From contig CAMHJE010000002.1 of NCBI GenBank assembly GCA_946185305.1, forward strand, positions 9,263 through 73,262: DNA of 64,000 nt, read 5' to 3'. The notes under the pieces are model-generated. The model worked only from the letters and a program-made list of their open reading frames with translations. It made no database searches and was not told where the DNA came from. This DNA is from an uncultured Clostridia bacterium. GTDB taxonomy: Bacteria > Bacillota > Clostridia > Christensenellales > CAG-138. Shown here piece after piece: positions 9,844 through 18,809 of the stretch (its first letter is position 1; each line of letters begins with the position of its first letter). A program made the position numbers and the translations under genes.

Positions 9844-11436
9844 TTACAGGCTGAAATCAGCCGTGTTATCACGTTGATAGGAACACCAGTTGCCGTTTTC
9901 GATCAGTTCTTCGCGCGCGATCAATCGAAGCAGCGCATCGGATTCGCCGAAACGGTCAATGCGAGCGAGGACTGCGGCATAAAAGCGCTCCATTTTGACA
10001 TGATCGGATGTTGTGCGCGAAAGCGACAGGCGGCCGTGATAGTTTGAGATAAACAGCGTTGCCGCCGAAATGCTGCCGAGCAGCAGCTTGGACAGCGTGC
10101 GATAGAATTCGGCGTTTGCGATTTTCTGCGAAAACGGCAGCAATCCGCCCCAAATGAGCTCGAAGAGCAACACCGCAAGATACAGCAGAATACTGACCCA
10201 AAGAGCAACGCGGACGATGCGTTCGCTCCCCTTGTCTGCTCGCTTTGACCGACGGACAGACCGTTCGTGATACCTGCGCTGCGCGTCGACCCATGCATCA
10301 CGGATGCGATTTGACCGATCCGGCGGAATGCCGACGGACAGGGCCTTCAGCGCGGCAAAGGTCCATCCGGTTTCCGTCTTGCCAGTCCACGGCAAAACAT
10401 CGGCGGCGGAAATGCCGCTTCCGGCATAGCGCAAAAACGCCTGCACGCGCAGTCCCTCCGCCAGCATCCGATATTCGAGATAGCGCCGGTGCGAAGCAAA
10501 GCGGTTTCCGTACCGCTGCACAAGCCATGCAAGCAGAAGCATCCCGCCGCAAACGAGGATCATCCCGTGCAATTCGGCTTCGTCATACAGAAGAAACGCG
10601 ATCGTGATGACCGTGCTGATGATCGCAAGCGCGGCAAGAATGCGGCGGTACTGTTTAGAAAAGCGAACGCTCAAAGAATCCGCCTTTGCATACAGGGTTT
10701 CTATACGGTCGAGCTGCTTGTCCGGTTCCCGATCCGACGGCAGCAGCGCAAATTCGGATGCGGGCGCTATTTTCGCAAGCCGGTTGAACTCATCGGTTCG
10801 GGTCAGCGTTTCGTCAAAAGCGGTACGGTCGCCGAGAAAACGCACCGCTCCGGCGGCACTCGTTTCGTCGTCTTTACGCGGTGAAAGGATATGCAGCACG
10901 GGGCAGCAGCCGCCGAGCGGGATCGAATTCTGCGGTGCAAACGCGCCGTCCAAGGCGCAATGCACAATTGCCGCCGTGCCGCAGTCGGAAGCGAGCGACT
11001 CCGCTCCGTCCCACAGCGCGAGCAGCACATGGGCGTGCGAAGCAACATAGACGCCCGCCTGCCGATACGCAAAGTCCCGATCCTTCGACGCCGGTGCGCA
11101 TTCCGTGTCGGGCGCAACAAAACAGTCTTCCGCCGCGTCGCAAAGGGCCCGGAAGGCGGGAAGCGCTTCCCCGGAAAAGTCCTTTTCATATTCCGTCTGC
11201 GCCATCGGCAATACTGCGATCAGCGGGATCGAGAGCGACAGCGCGGCCTCGGCGCAAAGCTGATCTGCACCGTCCGCAAGGCTGTTTTGCATCACGATTT
11301 CGGAATGCGGACACCGGCTTTGCAGCGCCATGAGCTCCTGTTTGACTGCGTTGTATAAAACGTCGCGGTCCTCCGTGCGGATGTCCCGGTGTCCCGTTAC
11401 CCCGACGACGATCGGGATCGTATCGTGCAATGTCAT
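9844..11436 (-). CDS. SLOG-like Rossmann domain fused to two SLATT-type 2TM modules (predicted nucleotide-gated membrane effector)
   Basis: N-terminus IPIVVGVTGHRD ... SLADGADQLCAEAALSLSIPLIAVLP ... HVLLALWDG...GT resembles the YpsA/DUF2493/LOG (SLOG) clade. Two hairpin TM pairs follow: ILAALAIISTVITIAFLLY + GMILVCGGMLLLAWLV, and VRVALWVSILLYLAVLLF + LLLGSISAATLFISNY. Each pair is followed by an amphipathic helix (HRRYLEYRMLAEGLRVQ). ATG 11436 is preceded by AAAGGAGA. Confidence 0.6.
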   Translation of the reverse strand: MTLHDTIPIVVGVTGHRDIRTEDRDVLYNAVKQELMALQSRCPHSEIVMQNSLADGADQLCAEAALSLSIPLIAVLPMAQTEYEKDFSGEALPAFRALCDAAEDCFVAPDTECAPASKDRDFAYRQAGVYVASHAHVLLALWDGAESLASDCGTAAIVHCALDGAFAPQNSIPLGGCCPVLHILSPRKDDETSAAGAVRFLGDRTAFDETLTRTDEFNRLAKIAPASEFALLPSDREPDKQLDRIETLYAKADSLSVRFSKQYRRILAALAIISTVITIAFLLYDEAELHGMILVCGGMLLLAWLVQRYGNRFASHRRYLEYRMLAEGLRVQAFLRYAGSGISAADVLPWTGKTETGWTFAALKALSVGIPPDRSNRIRDAWVDAQRRYHERSVRRSKRADKGSERIVRVALWVSILLYLAVLLFELIWGGLLPFSQKIANAEFYRTLSKLLLGSISAATLFISNYHGRLSLSRTTSDHVKMERFYAAVLARIDRFGESDALLRLIAREELIENGNWCSYQRDNTADFSL

Positions 11437-11449
11437 TTCGTCTCCTTTG

Positions 11450-13480
11450 TCAATCAAGCCGATAGATGCGCAGTCCGTCGAACTTGCGGATCAGCTTCAG
11501 CATGGAGTTGAACGGCTTCCAGTCCTTGCCCTGATCCTTCTCGGACAGGTTGAGATAGTGCCGCGCGATCTCCAGCTCCCCAAAATCGCCGTTCATACAC
11601 AGCTTGTGCTGCCGCATCTGCTCCCGCAGCGCATAGCGGTTCGGCTCGTCGTCTGTCGTTACGGTCTCATACAGGCTTCCTGCCGTCCAGCCCATCGCGC
11701 GGTGCGCGCGCACCCAGCGGGCATGCTCCATCGGCGCGAACACGGCGGTCTGCTCGGGGGTGAATGCGCGCAGCATTTCAAAGTCCACGGGGCGATCCGT
11801 ATAGAAGCAGCCGATCGCGTTCAGATATTTCGAAAAGCTCTTGACCTGATTGATATTGCTGAGCTGATATTCGAGCGACATGGTATCAAAATCGCGTTCG
11901 AGCTGCTCTGCCGAGATCTCGTCCTCCCGGCCCTCATACCGATAGCGGCCGTTAATCGCCACCGCAAAATCATACATGTGCAAAAAGCTGCTGCCGGACA
12001 GGTACGTATGCTTGCTCTTGCGATCCGCCGTGCGTATGAACGTCGTGATGAACAGCGGATAGCCGCTTAGATCGACGATCTTTTCAATGTCCGTGCGGAA
12101 GCGCTGTTCGGTTTCCGCCATGTCGCTGTACGCTTTGAGGCGCGGCGGCGCATCCTGCCGGTCGCCCTGCTCCCATGCGCGGTAGCGCGCTTCATATTCT
12201 CCGATCTTTTCGGACTCCTCCGCGTCGAAGCAATAGAGCGCATGGATCATGCCTCTGCCGAAATCGAACTCGGCGTCCATCGGATGCAGTTCGGTGCGTG
12301 AATTCCGACCGTAAGCGGTGCGATCCCAACATTGCAGTTCGTCGCACAACATCAAAAGGTATGCAAGCGGATGCAGCTCAGCCTTCAAGGGTGCTTTATG
12401 CTTTTCCTTATCCTTATAAAACGCAATCGCAAACTTAAACAGGCTGTTGTGCAGCATGATCGCGGTCAATGCATCGACGTGCGCTTCGGTCAACGCCTCT
12501 TCGCCGAGCACCTCGCAAAGCTCCTGATACAGCCGCGTCGCGGAAAAGTATGCGTGATCCATGAAGTACCCGAACCGGTTCGGCTCGGTCGGCTTGCGGC
12601 GGATCGTGTCGCAAAGGTATTCCTCCGTCACCTCGTAAGCCGCGCCGAGGCGCTTGGCAATGCCGTAGGCAAGCAAATCTTCGACGGACTCGAACGGACG
12701 GGAAAACAGCTTTGCAAAGTGCGCCTTTTGCGCGTCGCTCATGCCGGACAGACAATCGAGGTCGCGGTAGGCAAGGTACAAGCTGCCCTTGCCGCGCTTC
12801 TTGCGATCCACCTCAAAGTAGGCCAACACCTGCTCGAACGGGATCTCAAACGGATAGCCGATATCGTGGAACAGCGAGGTCAGGCCCCAGTATTCGAGAA
12901 AGAATGCCGCCGCCCGGTGCTCGTCCGTTCCCGGCGCAAAGCCGTAGAAGCGTTGGAACGTCGTCCGGAACTGCTCGTTCGTTTCATAGATCGCAAGGCC
13001 GAGCGCAAACACGTAGACCGAATGCGAATAGTGGTCGCGGTGCTTCATCAAAAGGGAGCTTGCGTTGGACTCAAATTCCGACAAAAGCTCGATCATCTTG
13101 CTCGACCGCCCATAGGTGCCGAGGAACATCTTCAAAAAGCTGTAATAAACGGTGTAGGCGTCCTCGGCAACACCGGAATCGATGAAGGCTTCCAGCTCGC
13201 GCTCGAGGCAAAGCCGGTCGATGTCCATCTGCATATTGTACGGAATCTGATTCGGATAAAAGCTTGTGCCGAGATACTGCCCGGTTTGCTCCTCCTTCTT
13301 TGCGATCTCCGGCGAAAAGCGCAGCCCCTCGCACCGCTCGTGCAAAAACCGCAGCGCAGCGGACTTCAGATCGCTGCCCGTTCTGCCCGCGCCGAACATC
13401 GCCGGTTCAAACGGACCGACATCCACGTTATAGCGTTCTTTGTTGATCCTTCGCATCTGTTCTAAAGCCGTGTATGCCAT
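11450..13480 (-). CDS. HD-superfamily phosphohydrolase fused to tandem C-terminal RyR domains
   Basis: HD motifs: HYSHS (about aa 150), LFHDIGYP (about aa 205), MLHN (about aa 343), LCDELQCWDR (about aa 379). C-terminal repeats: FAVAINGRY...LEYQLSNINQVKSFSKYLNAIGC and MEHARWVRAHRAMGWTAG...HKL...YLNLSEKDQGKDWKPFNSMLKLI..GLRIYR, matching the RyR-domain pattern. GGAGGA RBS. Confidence 0.65.
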   Translation of the reverse strand: MAYTALEQMRRINKERYNVDVGPFEPAMFGAGRTGSDLKSAALRFLHERCEGLRFSPEIAKKEEQTGQYLGTSFYPNQIPYNMQMDIDRLCLERELEAFIDSGVAEDAYTVYYSFLKMFLGTYGRSSKMIELLSEFESNASSLLMKHRDHYSHSVYVFALGLAIYETNEQFRTTFQRFYGFAPGTDEHRAAAFFLEYWGLTSLFHDIGYPFEIPFEQVLAYFEVDRKKRGKGSLYLAYRDLDCLSGMSDAQKAHFAKLFSRPFESVEDLLAYGIAKRLGAAYEVTEEYLCDTIRRKPTEPNRFGYFMDHAYFSATRLYQELCEVLGEEALTEAHVDALTAIMLHNSLFKFAIAFYKDKEKHKAPLKAELHPLAYLLMLCDELQCWDRTAYGRNSRTELHPMDAEFDFGRGMIHALYCFDAEESEKIGEYEARYRAWEQGDRQDAPPRLKAYSDMAETEQRFRTDIEKIVDLSGYPLFITTFIRTADRKSKHTYLSGSSFLHMYDFAVAINGRYRYEGREDEISAEQLERDFDTMSLEYQLSNINQVKSFSKYLNAIGCFYTDRPVDFEMLRAFTPEQTAVFAPMEHARWVRAHRAMGWTAGSLYETVTTDDEPNRYALREQMRQHKLCMNGDFGELEIARHYLNLSEKDQGKDWKPFNSMLKLIRKFDGLRIYRLD

Positions 13481-13507
13481 GTTGCGTCCTCCGTTTTGTG
13501 TATTGGT

Positions 13508-14914
13508 TTACCGAATCTGCTGTCCATAAGGCGGGCAATAACCGCCGCCGTCCGTTTGCGAATAATAGACCCAGTATAGATGCCCTTCGTAGCCGACCTT
13601 CAAGGTGCTCCATTCCGCGTCGTCGATCGTTTCACCCTCTTCATATTCCGGTACAAAGCCGAAATGCGCCTGCAGCGCTTCAGGCAGAGCGCGGAACACA
13701 TCGACAAGCTTGCTCCCGATATGACCGTTTTCGGTGCGGATTTCATCCAGCACCGGCAAAACAAGCGCGTCGATCGCCGCAAGGTCGCCATTCTTTTGCA
13801 GCCGCTTCACCGCAATCTCCAACGCAAACACACGGTATGTCCAGTCCGGATGCAGCTTGACAATTTCGATCAGTTTTTCCGTCGGAAATGCCGAAAGGCG
13901 GCGCTCCCATTCATCCCTCGAACGACCGCGTCCCATTTTCAAAAGGTCGTTCATCAGCTCGTCGTTGATCGCGCTTTGCGGCAATCGCCGCACGATCTCC
14001 AGCTTGTCCTCGCTTCGATGCTCGTCAAGCATTCCGTACAGCCCTTTCAGATGCGCTGCATCCAGCAAGCCGAGCGCAAGGTTCCGACAAATCGTGCTTT
14101 GCGCCGCGAGGTGCCGCACCAATACATCCTGCTGCGTGTCCGTCAGCGGCGGCAAGCCTTGCCCCTTGCCGTCGTACAGCCAATACAGCGTGCTTGCGGC
14201 TTCCCGGGAAAGATCAGCGTCACGGCTTTGCTCCAAGAGTGCAATTAAGCGGGACGGCTCCGCCAATACTCGCGTGACCGCATATTCCGAACCCTTCAGT
14301 TCGCCGCAAAGGCTCATTCGCAGCACAGCATTTTGAAACGCTTCGCCGCAATGCTGATCCGGCTGCTGCGCCCGCTTCAGCACCGCTTGCGTAACGGCGT
14401 AATCGACGTTCGCGGTCAGCAGGCGCAAAAGCGCGTCTTCGCTGTTGATTTTGGCAACGGCGTCCCAAGCGGATTCGGTCACTTCCCGATCAAGCAGCAG
14501 TTTCAAAAGAGCCGCCTCGTCCGGCGCTGCGGCGATCGCCTTCGTTTCATGCTCCCGCAACAGCGCAACGGTCTTTGCTTCGACCGGGTAGAGACTTGCC
14601 GTTTCCCGGCTCCAATGCTTTGCCGAGGCCTTGACCGCAAGCAAGTACGCACGCTCCTTCGGCATTCGCTCGAACGCGGCCATGCGAACCTCTGTCCGGG
14701 CGTCCGATGTGACGATCTCTAAAAGCGCTTCGGGATCCTCGATCCCGTCGATCACGGACTGTGCGAGCGGCAGCAGTTCCTGCTGCCGACAGGCGATCGC
14801 GCATACCGCTTTTTCCGCGTCGATTTTCAGCAACTTACTGTACAGCCGCTTTCCCCAAACCGGCACGTGTTCGTTTTGGCAGAGTCGGGCGATCCTTTCA
14901 AACTGTTTTGTCAT
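13508..14914 (-). CDS. hypothetical helical-repeat (HEAT/PBS-lyase-like) protein
   Basis: 468 aa and mostly alpha-helical. Recurring ..D.EALL.L(L)......VR.AA motifs (EDPEALLEIVTSDARTEVRMAAFERM; DEAALLKLLLD; SEDALLRLL). Short Gly/Tyr-rich C-terminal tail. ATG 14914 is preceded by GGGAGG, 10 nt after the upstream stop. Confidence 0.4.
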   Translation of the reverse strand: MTKQFERIARLCQNEHVPVWGKRLYSKLLKIDAEKAVCAIACRQQELLPLAQSVIDGIEDPEALLEIVTSDARTEVRMAAFERMPKERAYLLAVKASAKHWSRETASLYPVEAKTVALLREHETKAIAAAPDEAALLKLLLDREVTESAWDAVAKINSEDALLRLLTANVDYAVTQAVLKRAQQPDQHCGEAFQNAVLRMSLCGELKGSEYAVTRVLAEPSRLIALLEQSRDADLSREAASTLYWLYDGKGQGLPPLTDTQQDVLVRHLAAQSTICRNLALGLLDAAHLKGLYGMLDEHRSEDKLEIVRRLPQSAINDELMNDLLKMGRGRSRDEWERRLSAFPTEKLIEIVKLHPDWTYRVFALEIAVKRLQKNGDLAAIDALVLPVLDEIRTENGHIGSKLVDVFRALPEALQAHFGFVPEYEEGETIDDAEWSTLKVGYEGHLYWVYYSQTDGGGYCPPYGQQIR

Positions 14915-14924
14915 GCCCGCCTCC

Positions 14925-17900
14925 CTATTCGATTTCCAGTTCAAATCCGTATTCGTCGCCCAGGGATCGAATCGCGGACTGCATATTGTTTGACACACAC
15001 GCCGCACGAAGATGCTGCAGCGTCAAAAGCGGCGAAATGTCGGTCAGTTCCGGCGTCCATGATACCTTGATGTATTCGAGTTCCGGGTGCTGCTCGATGA
15101 AGCTTCGGAATGTCTCGTTGGTGAAGCGACAGCCGCCCGCGTGAATCTCGTGGATTTTCACATCCTTCACGGCGTCCATCCAAAGCGCGCAGTCCGTGTT
15201 GAACACATTGAGACTTTGATACTCCGGCACGGCGGACAGCACCGCATACTGCTCACCCGGGATTTTCCCCTGCAAATTATCTACGCCGAGAACAAAATAT
15301 GGCACATTGCCGTCCTCGTCCGGCGTCATACAGAACGTATAGTCGATTTTGGCGATCGCGCTGATGTCCGTGAGGTCGTTGCCACCGATATTGAGATCGG
15401 TCAGATGCGGAAGCTTCTCAACGCCCTCGATCGAAGTGACCGTTTCCGTGTCCTCCACGCTGATGATCTCGAGCGTCTCCAGATCGAACAGCGGAGACAG
15501 ATCGGAAAGATTTGCCCATTTGGCTTGGAATCGGCGCAGCTTTGCAGCCGCCTCGATCCCGCCGAGCGATTCGATCGGCTGTCCGTATAGATACAGCGTT
15601 TCAAGATTCGGAAGTCGATTCAAAAATGCAAGATCGGCAATCGATCCTTCCCCGATCGGGAAGCGCTCGCCGGTTGCGTTGTCGTGAATATACAAGTCCG
15701 GTTTGTCGCCGCCGTCCCAGTCCTCTTCGAGCCACAGTTCGCCCCACGGATCTTTCGTTACATAGTTGCCGAAGAACCCGACCTCGCGGATGCGGGACAG
15801 CACGTTGTCCGGCAGGGCAAGGAACTCGTCTTTGGTCATCAACGGGATTTCGAAAGCAAAATCACAGTCCTCCGAAATCGCACCAAGTGGGGTGAGATCG
15901 TCGAGCTTGAGTCCGTTCAGATCTGCCCGTTGCAGCTTCTGGAGGTTTTGGATGCCTTGTATGCTTGTCACGCCGGTATATTGCAGCCGAAGCTCTTCCA
16001 GCTCCTGCAGAGTGAATGCCGGGGAAGCATCCGTCAGGGTCGGCGTGAACGAAAGTTCGAGATTCTTCAACTTCTGCAGATTCTGAATCCCCTCGATCGA
16101 CGTCAGCGACTGATCGATCAGGTTCAGATATTCGAGTCCGGTCAGCTTGGACAGCTTGGAAAAATCGGTCATTGTACCGGGGTGCTCGATTGCGATATCA
16201 TGGCTGGGGTCACCGTCGTTCGACCGCAGTACAAAGGTCGGTTTGTCGTCATCCCATTGCTGATCGAGCCAATATTCCTCCCAGGAGAAGATCGTGTCGC
16301 CGACTGCATGCAGATCCTTCACGCGGCTCAATACCGCGCTTGGCAGCGTGTCGAGCTCGTCGAACGACAAGAGCTTCACGTCAAACTCGGCGGGTTGCCA
16401 CCATTCGTCCGGATAGACGACCTCGTAATTGCGGAAATTACCACTGTCCACAAGCAGCTGCGCCTGCTCCTGAAGATGCGCCGGGACCTTCAGCACGTTG
16501 CCTTTTTTGATCCCGTACAGCGGGGAAAGGTCGGTCACGTCGTTGGTTTCGATCAGCTCGATCGAAACGCTCTTTTCGGGGTTCATGCCGTCGAAGCACT
16601 GCAGATCATGGAGATCGACCGGCGTGCAAAGCGAGATCCAATCCGCTTCGAACGTCAAGAAATCGGGCAGGGTAAAGGTGCTGTCCAGATAGATCTGGTT
16701 GAATTTCAATCCGTTCATCGCTGACCAGTCAGTCAAGCGCGGACAGCCGGTGATTTCCAGATACAGCGTGCCGTAGCGCGTAGCAAGCAGGTTCTGAATA
16801 CCGTCGAGCGAGGTTAAAAGCTGCGAATCGTCAATGATCAACCGATGCAGCGAAAGCTCCGGCATGCCCGAAAGCGACACGACGCCGTGCAGCAGCAGCT
16901 CCTGGGAGACATGCGGGAACAGCGACCAGTCGAGCGGTTCTCGGCTCCAATCGCTGTAGCCGCTGCGGCACCAAAGCTCAAATTCGTGGATTGTCGCATT
17001 CTTGATATAGGGCAAGGCGCTGCCGGTGCGGTCTGTGACGTTCAGATAGTTATAGTTTTTGATCGCTTCCAGTCCCGACCAGTCCTCCACCTCGGCAATG
17101 CCGAAGGAAAAGCCGTCCTTGTTGACGACATCCCAAAGGAAATTGACATCGTGCAGATCGGAGCCGTAGATGGCAAGATCGTTAAGGTGCGGCAGCTTCA
17201 CGATCGGAGAGATGTCCGCAAGATCGAAGACGCGATTCAGGTGAACCTGCTGAATTCCCGTGCAGCTTTCGAGCGCGGAGATGTCGGAAAGATGATCAAG
17301 CCCCTCGATATACACGCGCCGCAGACTTGTATGGTCTTCCAGGCCATGCAGGTTCCGGACGCTGTGCATACCCCAAAGGGCCAGTTCTTCGAGATTCTTT
17401 GCGTTTTCGAGCCAAGAAAGGTCGGACAGCGCATCGTTGTGCAGGTCAACGAATTTCAGACTTGTATTGTCCGAAAGCGCGGACATGTCAGATAGGTCTT
17501 CGCTTTGATAATCCACAAACAGGCGCGTCAGGCTTTGATGATCCTGCAGCCCGTTGATGCTTCGAAGCTCCGACAGGTTCACAAGCTCCAGTTCGCGGAG
17601 CTTCTTGGACGCGGAAAGACAGTCGAGATCGGTCAAAGGCAGACTGTCGAGCCGAACGAGCGAAAGCTCGGAACAGTTTTGCAGACCGGACAGGTCGATC
17701 ATCCGTGCCGTGCTGTCGGTGTCAAGGTAAAGCTCGGTCAAATTCGGCGGTCCGAAGGACGTCAGATCGGAGGGGATCGGATCGAACAGCGTCAGATTCG
17801 CATAGCGAAGCCGTTCGCAATCGGACAGCGGCGAAAAGTCCGTCAAAGAATTGCCGGAATAGCCGAAGCTGCGGATGCGCGTGTGTTTCAACCCGGCAAG

Positions 17901-18773
17901 GCTCGTGACGCCACAATCGAACAGCTCGACAACGTCAAGCTGTTCCAGTCCGGACAGCTCGGGAAGCTCGCCAATGACCCGCACCAGTGTGATGAACTTC
18001 ACATTCTTCATGTACCGCAAAAAGTCGAGATCGTTCCATTCCGCCGTCCCGATCTCGTGTCCATCCTCCTTGCTGTACCAATGCCTTTTGCCTTCCTCCT
18101 CGGTGCGGTTGACAAAGTACTCCGCGCCGATACGCGCCCAGCCGTTCTGCTTCGCAATCCCCTCATCACCGGTGAAGTAGTGCAGCGTATCGCCGACGAT
18201 GATCAGCTCATAGACCTTTTCGAGATCCTCGGCGGTAAGCCCCGCTTCGGAGGGAATGACCGGTTCCGCCGTCGGCGCGGGTGTGCTCTCCGGCAGCATC
18301 GTTTCCTTTGCGGGCAGCAGTTTTGTTGCAAGGAAGATACCTCCGGCGATCACGAGCGCGGCGGCAGCGGCCGCAAGGATGATCGGCAAAGGCTTTTTTG
18401 TTGCTTCAAACGGCTTTGCGGTTGCGATACGCTGTGCAAGCTCTTCTACGGAGTACCGTTCGGCGAAGATCGTGTTGCGGGAATACAGCGCGTTTTTCAG
18501 CAGCTCCGGCGGCGTTGAGCCGTCGAGGTTTATCGGCACCGTCTCCACGCCCTTCGCGTCATTGGCGAAGAACGTTTCCATAAGTGTGATGGCTTCGTTC
18601 AGTCGTTCGGACATGAACAGCAGCATGACGCCGCTTTTCTTCGGCATTTCGCTTTCGTCTGCGATCGGAAATCCCTTTGCCCGCAGCGCATCGAGGATCG
18701 GTGCGACGCGTTCTTTGTCGGCTTTGGCATAAAGGGGAAACAACTTCATTTTTCGGTACGTCATCTTTGCCAT
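14925..18773 (-). CDS. TIR-like domain / single TM / very large leucine-rich-repeat ectodomain protein (1282 aa)
   Basis: N-terminus KLFPLYAKADKERVAPILDALRAKGFPI...VMLLFMSERLNEA (divergent TIR-like fold, no signal peptide). TM PLPIILAAAAAALVIAGGIFLATKLL and a Pro/Thr linker. About 1,100 aa follow of internalin-like ~22-residue LRRs (L..L..L..L.L....L.D(I/L)S.L) in at least three modules. No LPXTG motif. Confidence 0.65.
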   Translation of the reverse strand: MAKMTYRKMKLFPLYAKADKERVAPILDALRAKGFPIADESEMPKKSGVMLLFMSERLNEAITLMETFFANDAKGVETVPINLDGSTPPELLKNALYSRNTIFAERYSVEELAQRIATAKPFEATKKPLPIILAAAAAALVIAGGIFLATKLLPAKETMLPESTPAPTAEPVIPSEAGLTAEDLEKVYELIIVGDTLHYFTGDEGIAKQNGWARIGAEYFVNRTEEEGKRHWYSKEDGHEIGTAEWNDLDFLRYMKNVKFITLVRVIGELPELSGLEQLDVVELFDCGVTSLAGLKHTRIRSFGYSGNSLTDFSPLSDCERLRYANLTLFDPIPSDLTSFGPPNLTELYLDTDSTARMIDLSGLQNCSELSLVRLDSLPLTDLDCLSASKKLRELELVNLSELRSINGLQDHQSLTRLFVDYQSEDLSDMSALSDNTSLKFVDLHNDALSDLSWLENAKNLEELALWGMHSVRNLHGLEDHTSLRRVYIEGLDHLSDISALESCTGIQQVHLNRVFDLADISPIVKLPHLNDLAIYGSDLHDVNFLWDVVNKDGFSFGIAEVEDWSGLEAIKNYNYLNVTDRTGSALPYIKNATIHEFELWCRSGYSDWSREPLDWSLFPHVSQELLLHGVVSLSGMPELSLHRLIIDDSQLLTSLDGIQNLLATRYGTLYLEITGCPRLTDWSAMNGLKFNQIYLDSTFTLPDFLTFEADWISLCTPVDLHDLQCFDGMNPEKSVSIELIETNDVTDLSPLYGIKKGNVLKVPAHLQEQAQLLVDSGNFRNYEVVYPDEWWQPAEFDVKLLSFDELDTLPSAVLSRVKDLHAVGDTIFSWEEYWLDQQWDDDKPTFVLRSNDGDPSHDIAIEHPGTMTDFSKLSKLTGLEYLNLIDQSLTSIEGIQNLQKLKNLELSFTPTLTDASPAFTLQELEELRLQYTGVTSIQGIQNLQKLQRADLNGLKLDDLTPLGAISEDCDFAFEIPLMTKDEFLALPDNVLSRIREVGFFGNYVTKDPWGELWLEEDWDGGDKPDLYIHDNATGERFPIGEGSIADLAFLNRLPNLETLYLYGQPIESLGGIEAAAKLRRFQAKWANLSDLSPLFDLETLEIISVEDTETVTSIEGVEKLPHLTDLNIGGNDLTDISAIAKIDYTFCMTPDEDGNVPYFVLGVDNLQGKIPGEQYAVLSAVPEYQSLNVFNTDCALWMDAVKDVKIHEIHAGGCRFTNETFRSFIEQHPELEYIKVSWTPELTDISPLLTLQHLRAACVSNNMQSAIRSLGDEYGFELEIE

Positions 18774-18809
18774 GGTGGGCCTCCTTGTCCTGTGCTAAGG
18801 GGAAATGGG

